DNA of 64,000 nt from an uncultured Phycisphaerales bacterium (GTDB taxonomy: Bacteria; Planctomycetota; Phycisphaerae; Tepidisphaerales; Tepidisphaeraceae), in contig CAWJPJ010000006.1 in assembly GCA_963844715.1 (NCBI GenBank), positions 864,001 to 928,000 on the forward strand, given 5' to 3'. The translations under genes and the position numbers were made by a program. This document shows positions 9,676 through 20,295 of the stretch, piece after piece; positions within the stretch are counted from its first letter, which is position 1, and each line of letters starts with the position of its first letter. The notes under the pieces are model-generated. The model was given only the letters and a program-made list of their open reading frames with translations. It ran no database searches and had not been told where the DNA came from.

Positions 9676-10863
9676 ATGAAGCGAGCTGGAATCATTGCCT
9701 TTTTGATTGTTGTCGTCGGGCTGGCGCGGGTGGGGCTGGCGGACGATTCCTCGTTGCAGGTTCAGCAGGCGACGGCTCTGGCCAATGCGCTGGAACAGGG
9801 GCTGAATACGGGAAATGCGGCGCTGGTTAATTCGGCCGCCGACTGGAAGGATCTTCTTCAGAACGCCACCGATGGGATCGCGGTGCCGCCGGGGTTTCGC
9901 GAGCAATTCATCAAGGCGGGGTCGGCAGGCATCGCGGAGAAGTTGATCAAGATGAACTCCAACATGGGCGGGCAATATCATTTGCTGCGCGTCCGGCAGA
10001 ACAATGGGCAGACCAGCGCGGTATTTCGCATGCTGAGCAAGGCGAGCGCGCTGAGTTATTCGGAGTGGTATCTGGGGACGGACGCGGCGGGACAGCCGGC
10101 GTTTGTGGACGCGTATTTTGCGGTATCGGGCGAGCGGCTGAGCCAGACGGAACGGCGGATGTATATGTTGGTGGCGACACGGGCAAATCCGGCAAGTCCG
10201 GACGCCGGCGGACTGGACGACGCGACCCTGGCTGGGTTGCAGGATTTGATCCATTTTCAAAAGGACCTTCTGGCAAGGGAATTTTCGGACGCGGTATATC
10301 GGTATGACCAGCTTCCGCCGGAGTTGCGGAACGAAAAGGCGATCATGGTCCAGTACATTGGGGCGACGATGGAGATGCGAGCGGAGAACCCGCAGGAATA
10401 CATCGACGCGATGAAGGCATTTGAGCAGCGATTTCCGGGCGACCCCGCGGCGGATTTGCTGTGCCTGGACGAACGCGTGATGTCGGGCGAGTACGAGGAA
10501 GCGTTGGCGTCGGCGGACCGCCTGGGGGCCTATTTTGGGGGCGATGCCTATCTGTTGTCGCTGAAAGCGGGCGTTGACGTCACATGGGGTCAGCAGCACT
10601 ATACCGCGGCACGGGAACTTTATGAGGAGTCGATCAAGGAGGAGCCGACGCTGGCGGCGCCTTATTGGGGATTGGTTTCGCTCTCGCTGAAGGAACAGGA
10701 TTACGACCAGACGGTGGTGCAGCTGAATCGGATTACGAAGGCGCTGAATTTGAAACTGCGCAATCTGGAAACGCTGCCGGCGTATTCGGATTTTGTGCAA
10801 TCGGATGCGTATCGGAAATGGAAGGATTCGCTGGGGGCCCCCGCCGCTTCGGCGGCGAATTAG
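9676..10863 (+). CDS. Secreted hypothetical protein with TPR-like helical C-terminus
   Basis: Signal peptide; helical repeats (YEEALASADRL, ARELYEESIKEEPTLAAPYWGL). Confidence 0.7.
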   Translation: MKRAGIIAFLIVVVGLARVGLADDSSLQVQQATALANALEQGLNTGNAALVNSAADWKDLLQNATDGIAVPPGFREQFIKAGSAGIAEKLIKMNSNMGGQYHLLRVRQNNGQTSAVFRMLSKASALSYSEWYLGTDAAGQPAFVDAYFAVSGERLSQTERRMYMLVATRANPASPDAGGLDDATLAGLQDLIHFQKDLLAREFSDAVYRYDQLPPELRNEKAIMVQYIGATMEMRAENPQEYIDAMKAFEQRFPGDPAADLLCLDERVMSGEYEEALASADRLGAYFGGDAYLLSLKAGVDVTWGQQHYTAARELYEESIKEEPTLAAPYWGLVSLSLKEQDYDQTVVQLNRITKALNLKLRNLETLPAYSDFVQSDAYRKWKDSLGAPAASAAN

Positions 10864-10883
10864 CGGCAGGTTTGATATTGCGA

Positions 10884-10994
10884 TGCGGGGAAGTGGCGGT
10901 GCATGGGGTAGATGGGCTGCATTTTTGCGCGTTGGATAAGAGCGAGGTAGCGGCGGAGATTGTGCGGGGGTTTAGCCTTATTCATACCCACTGA
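10884..10994 (+). pseudogene. Degenerate duplicate of the last 111 bp of metF
   Basis: [36 protein letters not shown] aligns without gaps to metF 9451-9561, [36 protein letters not shown]. Confidence 0.85.
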
Positions 10995-11130
10995 TTCGGA
11001 CGTCTATGTGCGCGACGGGTCACCAAATGCGCCCGATTGACAAAGCAATGCAACCGCGAGGATGATATTGTTTTAACGATTACTGGATCTTGATTTCTAG
11101 TCGGTGGCTCTAGCTGGAAAGGGGTTGGAC

Positions 11131-11983
11131 GTGGCAATCTCCAAGCGGTCGGCAGAACGAGCGCGAGTCGGTCTTAAGCGGCTGTTGCCGGTCATACAGC
11201 AGCAAAAATCAAGCGACGTTTCGGAAGCTGACACCGTCACGTTGGTTAAGGACCTCATGGCGGACGTATTCGGATATGACAAGTTCAAAGACATAAGGAG
11301 CGAGCATGCGATTCGCGGGACGTATTGCGACCTCGCGGTGTCGATCGGAGATGAGAACATCATAGAGCTCGTGGAAGTCAAATCCGCGGGAACCACGTTG
11401 GAGGACCGGCATGTTAAGCAGGTGGTCGACTACGCGGTAAACGTACCCGAGGGGGTCGATTGGGTTGTATTGACCAACGGCTCAGTTTGGAGGCTGTATA
11501 AAGTGCTGTTCGGCCGGCCAATCGATAAGCAATTGCTGATAGAGGTCGACCTGACCCTCCTGGATCTGAGAGGCGACGATTGCATTAGCTGCTTGGCGCC
11601 ATTCATGAAAGAAGGGTTTGCAAAGCGGCGCCCAAGAGTTGTGCGATCGGCAAGACGCCACGAGCAAATTCTTACTTTCGGCTCTGATATTGAACAATTC
11701 CAACGTCATCGCGACGATTCGGCGTGAACTCAGGCGCATAGTCGATGTTCTCGTCGAGGACGATGAGATTCTTAAAGTGCTACGTAACGAAGTGGTAAAA
11801 CGCGAGACAGTAGACGATCCTGAAGCGGACAATGCCATCAGGCGCGTCAATAAGGCTCAAAAGCCGCATATATCACGAGACAAGACCTCCGCTGTCGCGG
11901 AGGCACCGCCCGCAAGCGCGCAGACAACCGCCCCACTTAAGGATCCAAAAGGCGTGTCTAACCCGCCGCCGATTATCAATTGA
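11131..11983 (+). CDS. Stand-alone type I restriction enzyme HsdR N-terminal-like (PD-(D/E)xK) domain protein, frameshifted
   Basis: SEADT, VFGYD, CDLAV, VEVK, KQVVDYA and VLTNGSVWRLY motifs. Lower GC than flanks; no hsdM/hsdS nearby. Confidence 0.75.
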
Positions 11984-11998
11984 GACTTACGGATGCAA

Positions 11999-12033
11999 CA
12001 AAAACCCCCGCCCAAGAGGACGGGGGTTTTGTT
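11999..12033. terminator. Bidirectional intrinsic terminator
   Basis: AAAAACCCCCG...CGGGGGTTTT between convergent genes. Confidence 0.8.
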
Positions 12034-12055
12034 TTAGATTTTAGGTGGTTGTCGA

Positions 12056-12460
12056 TTAGTAGCGATCGCGTCCTCCGCGGTCGCCGCGGCCTCCGCCGCC
12101 GCCGAATCCGCCGCCGCCGCCGCCTCGTCCGCCGCCGAATCCGCCGCGGCCGCCTCCGCCGCCGCCACCGAATCCGCGGCCACCGCCGCCCCCGCCGCCG
12201 CCGCTACGCTCTTCGCGTGGGCGTGCTTCATTGACGGTGAGCGCTCTGCCCTGATGTTCCTGACCGTTGAGCGCGGCGATGGCGGCCTGCACTTCCTGGT
12301 CGGAGGACATCTCCACGAAACCGAAACCCTTGCTCCGGCCGGTGTCGCGGTCATTGATGATTTGCGCGGACACAACCTGGCCATGAGCACCAAACAACGT
12401 CTCGAGTTCCGAGCTATCCACTTGGTAGCTGAGGTTCCCGACATACAGCTTCTTACCCAT
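12056..12460 (-). CDS. RRM RNA-binding protein with Gly/Arg-rich tail
   Basis: RNP2 LYVGNL, RNP1 KGFGFVEM, LTVNEARPRE, then GGR/GGF repeats. Confidence 0.95.
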   Translation of the reverse strand: MGKKLYVGNLSYQVDSSELETLFGAHGQVVSAQIINDRDTGRSKGFGFVEMSSDQEVQAAIAALNGQEHQGRALTVNEARPREERSGGGGGGGGRGFGGGGGGGRGGFGGGRGGGGGGFGGGGGRGDRGGRDRY

Positions 12461-12786
12461 TTGGCATCTCCTTGAGATGGGTAGACTACAGGCCCATATT
12501 GAAACGGTTCTTTCCGGACCTGATCGAAAGAGGTCGCTCAAGCGACCGACGCGGGAGGGGTAAAACGGACGCGGAGGAATGACAGTACACGAAACGCTTT
12601 CCTGAGGCCGATCGACTAACCCGCCACCTTAAACAGGCCAACCTTATACCGGGGGATTGCCGCGGAATCAAGGCAAAAGCGAAGGGCGAGAGTGGGCCAA
12701 TGACGAAATTCGATGATAAATGACGAATGTTCCCGATCCGGCCGGTGGGCGATTGGGGCATCATTGTCGATATAATCGCGGCACAG

Positions 12787-13668
12787 ATGAGTCAGATGAA
12801 CCCTGAGCAGTCTTCAGCCGCGTTGGTTTTGGCGTTTGATTCCGCGATGTTTGAGCAGGGGCAAAGGTGTATTGAGACGATTCGGGCTTATTGCCGGCGA
12901 CCATATCGAATTTCTGCGGTGGGGATTGATCTTCGTGACCCCGAGCGGGAGTGGCTGCGGGGGGAGGGGATTACCACTTTGGAGGGGTTTAGTTTGGTGC
13001 CCAACTATTCCGACGGGCCTCGATATGCGCTGGCGATGACTTGCCGGCCATACATTCCGCGGCTGTTCCCGGGGCACTCGGTTTACATGTCGATCGATCC
13101 GGACATTCGGTTTCAAGATGCGGATGCGTTTGAGTTTTACATCGGGAACGCCGAGGCTCGGCCAAACGCGATTGTCATTTGCCAGGAAATCGATCCGGTC
13201 TATCCGATCATGCGGCAGGCGGCGAAGGCGAATTTTTATTTTGGGACGAGATACCATCGGATCGCCAAGGCGTTTGGGCCGGAGGTGGCGACGCGAATGC
13301 AATTTTTTTTGGGGTTCAACGCGGGGATTTTTGCGATGCACGCCGGGGCGGCGGGATGGGAGTGCTATCGCAAAAGAATCGAACAATCGGTCAAGGGCCC
13401 CTACTCGCACCTGGCGGAACAGGATGCGATCAATGTGGCGATCAGCGAGGATCAATTGGAATTGGTCGTGGCGCCGACGACCATGAATTGGCTGTGCATG
13501 AACTCGCTGCCGGCAGTTGATAATCAGAGCGGGCGGTTTGTGCGGCCGGAGTATCCGTATCTTCCGATCTCGGCGCTGCATTTGAACAACTCGCTGGCGA
13601 AGGTGCCAGGGGAGGCGGAGGGGATCACGCAATACGATATTTACAAGCGGTTGAAGATGACGAAGTGA
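12787..13668 (+). CDS. GT-A fold glycosyltransferase (GT8-like)
   Basis: CRPYIPRLFPG, DxD motif (IDPD), FNAGIF, EQDAIN. Confidence 0.7.
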   Translation: MSQMNPEQSSAALVLAFDSAMFEQGQRCIETIRAYCRRPYRISAVGIDLRDPEREWLRGEGITTLEGFSLVPNYSDGPRYALAMTCRPYIPRLFPGHSVYMSIDPDIRFQDADAFEFYIGNAEARPNAIVICQEIDPVYPIMRQAAKANFYFGTRYHRIAKAFGPEVATRMQFFLGFNAGIFAMHAGAAGWECYRKRIEQSVKGPYSHLAEQDAINVAISEDQLELVVAPTTMNWLCMNSLPAVDNQSGRFVRPEYPYLPISALHLNNSLAKVPGEAEGITQYDIYKRLKMTK

Positions 13669-13800
13669 AGGCCGAACTGAAGGCGGGATCAATGACCCCT
13701 CCCGCCCTGCGGAAACTATCGGAAGACCGAAGAAGGGCGAGCTCCGTGGCGTCACGGGTTGTCGAGCATCGCGGACGCGCCGGTTTGGCGTCGGCTAATA

Positions 13801-13844
13801 AAAACGACTCCCGACCCCTTTTTAAAGGGGTCGGGAGTCGTTTT
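13801..13844. repeat. Perfect palindrome (REP) left of RAYT
   Basis: AAAACGACTCCCGACCCCTTT-tt-AAAGGGGTCGGGAGTCGTTTT (21-bp arms). Confidence 0.92.
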
Positions 13845-13873
13845 CTTGGCTTGTTTGGTGTACACTTCCTCTC

Positions 13874-14570
13874 GTGCCCAGACGCCTGCGCGTTGCCACC
13901 GCTGGATTGGCTTACCACGTCCTCAACCGGGCCGTCCGTCGGGAACGGCTTTTCGACGGCGACGGCGACTACGCCGCCATGCTGCGCGTCATCGAGCAGA
14001 CGCACAAACGCCTGCCGATTCGAATCGTCAGCTTCTGTTTGATGCCCAATCACTGGCACTTCGTCCTCTGGCCGCAAAAAGACGGCGACCTCAGCGAATT
14101 CATGCGCCTCCTCACCGTCACTCACACGCAGCGCTGGCACGCCCACCACGAAACCGCCGGAACCGGCCCGCTCTATCAAGGGCGCTTCAAAAGTTTCCCG
14201 ATCCAGAAGGACGAACATTTCCTCAACGTCTGCCGATACGTCGAACGAAATCCGGTCCGCGCGAATCTCGTCCGCGTGGCCCAGCGCTGGCCATGGAGCA
14301 GCGCCGCCGTGCGCGACGGAGATCGACCCATGGCTGCTCAACCAAACCGACTGGCCGGTGCCGCCTCCCCACGATTGGCTACAGTGGACCAACCGACCCG
14401 AGACCGCCAAGGAACTTGAAGCCCTCCGAACCAGCGTCGCCCGCGGCCGCCCCTTCGGAACCCCCGCGTGGCAAACCCAAACCGCCAAGCGATTGCATCT
14501 CGAGACCACCTTCCGCCCCCCAGGCCGCCCACGCATAAGTTCCATAATCGACTCCCGACCCCATTATTAA
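13874..14570 (+). mobile_element. REP-associated tyrosine transposase (RAYT, HUH Y1 family), frameshifted near 3' end
   Basis: YHVLNR, CLMPNHWH (HUH), YQGRFKS, RYVERNPVRA and WPWSS; C-terminal ...GRPFG...RPPGRPR in a second frame. Flanked by palindromes. Confidence 0.9.
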
Positions 14571-14592
14571 TGGGGTCGGGAGTCGATTATGG
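14542..14592. repeat. Perfect palindrome (REP) right of RAYT
   Basis: CCATAATCGACTCCCGACCCCATTA-t-TAATGGGGTCGGGAGTCGATTATGG (25-bp arms); shares core CGACTCCCGACCCC with the left copy. Confidence 0.92.
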
Positions 14593-14722
14593 CATCTGGG
14601 CGCGTGAATGGTGAATGGCATACGTTCCCGAAACGACCGCAAGCGAACTGAATCGGTAACGCCGAACCCATTCATCGGTTCGGAAAGCATTGGCAGACTG
14701 CGGGAGGGGGAACGCGGCGGCG

Positions 14723-16811
14723 CTACGGGGTGTCGCGGACCGTGGTTTTTGTGGGGTCGGCGGGTTTGGCGAGGCGGGGGGCGCTTCTGGGGATTTTTGC
14801 GAAGGTTTCGGCTACGTCGGCAGCGGAGTCTGGGCGATCGTCGGGGTCTTTTTCCAAGAGACGCATTATGAGTTGGGTCAGTTCCACGGGGAGGTCGGGG
14901 CGGCGGTCTTTTAGGGGTACGGGGCGCTTGGCGGTGACTTCCAGGAGCATTTGCTTGGCGTCGCCTTTGGGGTGAATGGGGAGATCGCCGGTCAGCCACT
15001 CGTAGGCGATGACGCCCAGGGCGTATAGATCGGCTCGGGCATCGACGGCGGCGCCGCGGGCTTGTTCGGGGGCCATGTAGCCGGGGGTGCCGGGGGAAGC
15101 GACTGGGGCGCCCGTCCAGCGGGAGACGTGGGCGATTCCGAAATCTACCAGCACCGGGAACGAATCGCGCGTGATGATGATGTTTCCGGGTTTCAGGTCG
15201 CGATGGACTACGCCGGCTTCGTGAAGGGCGGCCAGAGGCGCTGGCGATCAATTGCATGTACTGAAGAAAGACGGCCAGGCCGGGGCTTTTTACCTCGGAC
15301 ATGCGCTTTTGGAGGGATTCGCCTTCGACGAAATCGGAGACGAGATAGAGCTCGCCGTTTTCGTCGAAGCCTACGGCGCTGATGCGCACGACGCCGGGAT
15401 GGCGGACGCGCGAGGCGGCTTCGAGTTCGAGCTTGGCCGAGGCGATCATTCCCTTGCGGCGGCGGACGTCGTAGAGGTTGGCGAGTCGGAATCGTTTTAG
15501 GGCGACGTCCTTGGCGCGGACGGGGTCGAAGGCGCGCCAGACTTCGCCGAAGGTTCCGGAGCCGAGGCGTTCGCGCATCACGTATCCCTCACTGGATTGG
15601 CCGCCGGTTTGGGCGGGGGATTGATCGTTGGGCTGGATGATCGGGCGGGAGCGTTCCTCGATGACTCCTTCGCTGAGTTCGAGACGGGCCATTTCCTGTT
15701 TGAGGACGGGGAGATATCTCTCGTACCCGTCGGATTTGGCGCGCTGCATGCCTTTGAGGAGGCATTCCTCAGCCGTGGCTTTGAGCTTTTGATCGAGAAG
15801 AGCCCTGGCCAGTGCGATGCGCGCGGGGATTTCCAGATCGGGGAGTTCGGCTTCCATGAAGGCGTCAACGGCTTCCTTCAGGAGGGTCGCGGCTTCGGGC
15901 TGGCGGCGGGCGAGCGCGAGTTCGCCCCGGGTGGCGACGAGGACTTGTTTGAGATACGGCTCGGCACCGTTGGATAGTTTCTTTTCGGCATCGTGGAGGA
16001 GTTTGTCGGCGTCGTCGAGTCGATTTTGTGCGATGCGAAGCAGGGCCAAATCCTTAAATGCGAAAAAGGCGAAGTCGTCGTAATGATTGGCGTCGGAGAG
16101 GCGGATGCATTCGAGGAAATCGCGTTCGGCGGCGGGGAGATCGCCGGCGGCGAGATGGACGCGACCCAGATCCTCGTGCATGCGGGCCTGGCCGCGCGGG
16201 TCGCCGATTTCCTTGGCGAGTAAGAGATCGCGTCCGAAGCATTCGAGGGCGTCTTCGAATCTGCCGATGCGGAGGTGGGTGCGGCCGATGTTTCCGAGGG
16301 TGATCGCCATGCCGACCTTGTCGCCGAGGAGGCTTTTGTCGACGAGGGAGAGGGCGTAGAAATGGACGGCGGTGTCGAGCCGCCCGCGGGCCGCCTCGAC
16401 GGAGCCGAGGGTATCGTAAACCTGGGAGCGGGAGGCGAAATCTCGGAGTTCGAGATAGGCGCGCGCGGCTTGCATGAGCTGATCGATGGCCGCCCCGCTG
16501 CGGCGGAGCTTTCCTTCGGCGAGGCCGGCGACGTGATGGGCGCGGGCCGAGAGCGCGGAGCCGGGCCCGGCCTGGCGGATCACGTCCATGGCGATGACGA
16601 GGGCTTCGCGAACGTCGCGGCGCTGGCGGAGATCGAGGTAGGCGAGTTCGATGCGGCATCGGTCGCCGAGGTCGGGGGAGGCGGCTTCCAAATCCTGGTG
16701 GGCTTCGTCGTCGCGGCCGAGGTCGATGCGGGCCATGGCGCGGGCGAAGAGCCGAGCCGCGGTATCCGCGGGCGCGTCCGCGATTTCCGAAGAGCCGCCG
16801 GAGGTCGTCAT
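14723..16811 (-). CDS. TPR-repeat Ser/Thr protein kinase (frameshifted)
   Basis: N-terminal TPRs; LGSGTFGEVW, VALK, HRDLKPGN, DFG, GTPGYMAPEQ, DLYALG. Confidence 0.88.
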
Positions 16812-18467
16812 GTCGCTGGATTCTCTCTTCGCGCCAGGAGGAAGGTGCGGTCGTCCGTCGAGGGGCAGGAGCCGCGGATTTCATCGAGGGAGTGGTTTAA
16901 CTTTTCGCACAGGTCGCGCAGGGGCATGGCCGGATCGGCGGCATAAAGCTTGGAGATTCTGGAGGAGATTCCGTCGAGGCCGAGCATCTTGCCACAATTG
17001 TCGCGCAGTTCGCTTAAGCCGTCTGTGAAGAGGATTACGAGCTGGCCGGGTTCGATTGCAGCGGCGTCAAGCTGTACGGACATGGGCATGACGCCCAGGG
17101 GCGGATTGTGGCCAAAGGGCATCTCGGCGACTTTTCCGTCGGGATCGACAACGAGCATGGGGGGATGGCCGGCGTTGATGCATTGGGCTTCGCCAGTGTG
17201 GGGGTCGAGCATGACGCCGATGAAGGTGACGAAACTTTGGCGGTCCATGGAATCGAGAAGATATTGATTGAGGCGCTGGATCATGTCCGGGAGATTTGAA
17301 CCGGCGCGGATCGCGGAGTGGACGATGCTGTGGACGCCGCTGGCGACCATGGCGGCGGCGAGGCCTTTTCCGCTGGCGTCGGCGACGGCGAGGAGGATTT
17401 TGCCATCGGGGCCGCTGATCACGTTGGCGTAATCACCGCCGATCCAGCGGCAGGGTTCGAAGCCGATGGAGACCTCGAGGCCGGGGACGTTGGGATTCTT
17501 CGGGACCAGAGACATCTGCATCTGCTGGGCCTTCTTCATGTCGTGATGCAATTCGGCGCTGGCCTGGACGGTGCGGCGGGCCTCGATTTGCAACTGGGCT
17601 TTTTTGAATTGCTCGGCGGCCAGAGCGACGAGGGCGAGCCAATCGACGGTGCCGTGCTCGCGGGGAACCAGGACATAGAGAATGTCGGCGAGTTGAGTAT
17701 CGACGCGCAGCGGACAGACGATGCAGGCGCGGCCCTCGGCTTCGTGCTCGCCGCCGGCGAGGATGGGCTGCTGATTGCCGATCGCGGCTTCGACGATGGC
17801 GCGGGAAATTTCGGTCGGGGCGCTGGTGCCTCCGATCTGGCCGGTGCGAGCGCGCAATTGCAGGGGGCAGAGCATTTCCGGGGGGGCCTGCGGGTCGTTG
17901 CGATCGACGCGAAGAACGGTGGCTTCGTCGCAGCGAACGTCGGATTCGACTAGCGTGCGGCAAAGCTGGGTCATGCGATCCTGGTCGTCGGGGATCTCCA
18001 CGAGTTTTGTACTGAGACCGCCGACAAGGGCCAGGTGGGATTGTTTTAGGCGGGTGGCGGGAGATTCGGTCAGCGTCGTGAAGACGGTGGTGGAGCCGGA
18101 GTGGGTGGACCACATGGTATTGCCCATCTCGGGGCTGACGGTGACGGGGGCGGTGCGGCTTCGGAAGCGGATTTCGAATTCGCCGATGTGGATGCGATCG
18201 CCGTGGACGAGGGTTTGATGGGCGACGGGCCGGCCGTTGACGCGCGTTCCGTTGCGGCTGTTCAGATCGAGGACCGACCAGCCGCCTTCGGGGGCTTTCT
18301 GAATCTCGGCGTGATGACGGGAGACGCGCGGTGCTGTCCAGGGGAATATCGGATTCAGGGGCGCGGCCGATGGTGAGACGCTCGCCGCGCAATTCCTGGC
18401 GGACGGGGGGGCCGCCGCGGGTGCTGATTTCGAGATAAAATTCGTCGGCCTCGGGCATGGGGTGCAT
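16808..18467 (-). CDS. FHA + GAF-like + PP2C/SpoIIE phosphatase (frameshifted)
   Basis: FHA: IGR..., VSRHHA, DLNSRNGT. PP2C: GGDY, ADASGKG, NAGHPP, FTDGLSE, DDRT. Overlaps kinase start (ATGA). Confidence 0.88.
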
Positions 18468-18590
18468 ATTACCCTGAGTGTCAATCCCCTGGCTAATGCC
18501 GGGGAAGTGCTGGTAAGCAGCGCCAATCGTTTTTACTTGCAAACCGGGCGGGGCGAACCATCATATCGTCACACCTTGCCGGGAGGCAGA

Positions 18591-20186
18591 ATGAAAATCG
18601 GGCTAAGTATTCTGACAATTCTTGGGTCGATATTGGGGGCTTCGGTCGCTTTGGCGCAAAGCGATTCGGATATGCTGGAAAAGGCTATCAACGGAGTCGT
18701 GACGGTCGCGGTTTACAAGTCCTCGGATTACAACCGGCCGTTTGGATTTGGCGCGGCGGACGCGTACGAGCAACTGCTCGATCTCAGCGATGCGCAGGAA
18801 TCGGGGTCGGGGTTTTGCATCGAGCGGAATAACAAGAAATACATTGTGACCAACTGCCATGTGATCGAGGGGTCGGCGGATGAGTCCGGGGCGGTCGCGG
18901 TGTACGGAACGACGCGGCATAAATATTCGATGAAGCTGGTGGGGGCGGATTCCTTTATCGATATCGCAGCTGCTGGAATTTGACGGGGAGCAGCCGGGGC
19001 CGGAGATCGGGGTGATGGATTTTGAGACCGCCAAGCCGCGGCTCGGGGAGAAAGTTTTTGCGATTGGAAATCCGTATGGAGATTATCCGTATTCGGTTTC
19101 GGACGGGATTATCGGGGGATTGAACCGGGTGCGGAACGAAGACGATCTGACCGGGAAATTCGGTTATCTGGAGAGCACGGCAACGATCATCTGGGGGAAC
19201 AGCGGCGGGCCGCTGGTCAACGAGGCGGGGAATGTCGTTGGGGTGAATACGGGGATTGAGATTCGCGAGCGGTTCAATCAGTTGTTCATCGAGCCGCAGA
19301 TTAACTTCGCGCTGGAGGCGTCGGTGGCGTCGCGGGCGCTGGATGACATGGTGCAATTTGGGCGTGTGCGGCGTGCGTATTTGGGGATTCGGTTTGCCCA
19401 GGATTTTGGGACGCCGAAGAGCGACAGCGATCCGGCGTTTGTGGACATTGGGGCGAAGCCGGAGATTGCGGAAGTGCTGGACGGGTCCCCCGCCGCTGCC
19501 GCAGGATTGGGGCAATATGCGGGGGCGACGGTCACAAAGGTCAATAACCAGGACGTGACTTCGATTGAGGAGGTTTTGGAGGCGCTGGAGTCGATGCGGC
19601 CGGGGGATAACTGCACGCTATTCCTTGATCAGGATGGGCATGCGAGCAAGGTGACGTTTAAGACGGATGAATTGACGCAGGATCGGGCCGCGACGTGGGC
19701 GGAGCACGTTCTTGCCGAGGCGGGATGGACGGTGAAGCAGACGGACAGCGGCGTGACGCTCCAGAATGCGACGCCGAGTTCGAATAACGTTGCCGCGGGA
19801 AGCCTGGGCAGGACCAGAACTCGGCGGGGATGAGCGCACAGGCCCCGGCGACGCCGCCGAATAATCAGTGGAGCAGCCGGATTGAGAAGTTTGAGTATGG
19901 GCTATTGCATCCGGGTTTTCAGCCGGCACCAGCCGCCGGCGGCAGCGGCAGCGCCGCTCCCCCGCCGGAGCAGGAACTGGTGGCGCTGGGGTTATTCGAC
20001 GACAAGGGCAAGGCGGTCACTGTTTGGAAGATGTCGAACCTGAGCGACCTTGGCATATCCGCGCGACTGGCGGCGCTGGAGGGGCGGATCGATCTGGGGG
20101 TGAAGGGGCAGGACGACAAGCTGAGCGTGATTCGCGTTTGGCTTTCGGGGGATCAGAGCAAGCTTAGCCGGTCGCTTTTGTACTAA
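18591..20186 (+). CDS. Trypsin-like (HtrA-type) serine protease with PDZ domain, frameshifted
   Basis: Signal peptide; GSGF, VTNCHV, DIA, AIGNP, GNSGGPL; PDZ. Pieces 18591-18983, 19012-19833, 19830-20186. Confidence 0.8.
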
Positions 20187-20295
20187 ATGGGGGATTATGA
20201 TTCCGGCACATGGGAGGGCACGCCCCGCAAGCGGGGCCGCTAAACGGGGGAGTAGGATGTCGCTGGATCGTGGTCTGCTATTTAGAATGATTTGA

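Noticed and set aside
8656..10800. Long antisense ORFs (also 35645-37075, 43330-45135, 60501-62216, 1728-2600)
   Set aside because: Shadow frames opposite well-supported genes in high-GC DNA, with no recognisable motifs.
12056..12210. (GGC)n repeat as a DNA repeat element
   Set aside because: It encodes the Gly-rich tail of the RRM protein.
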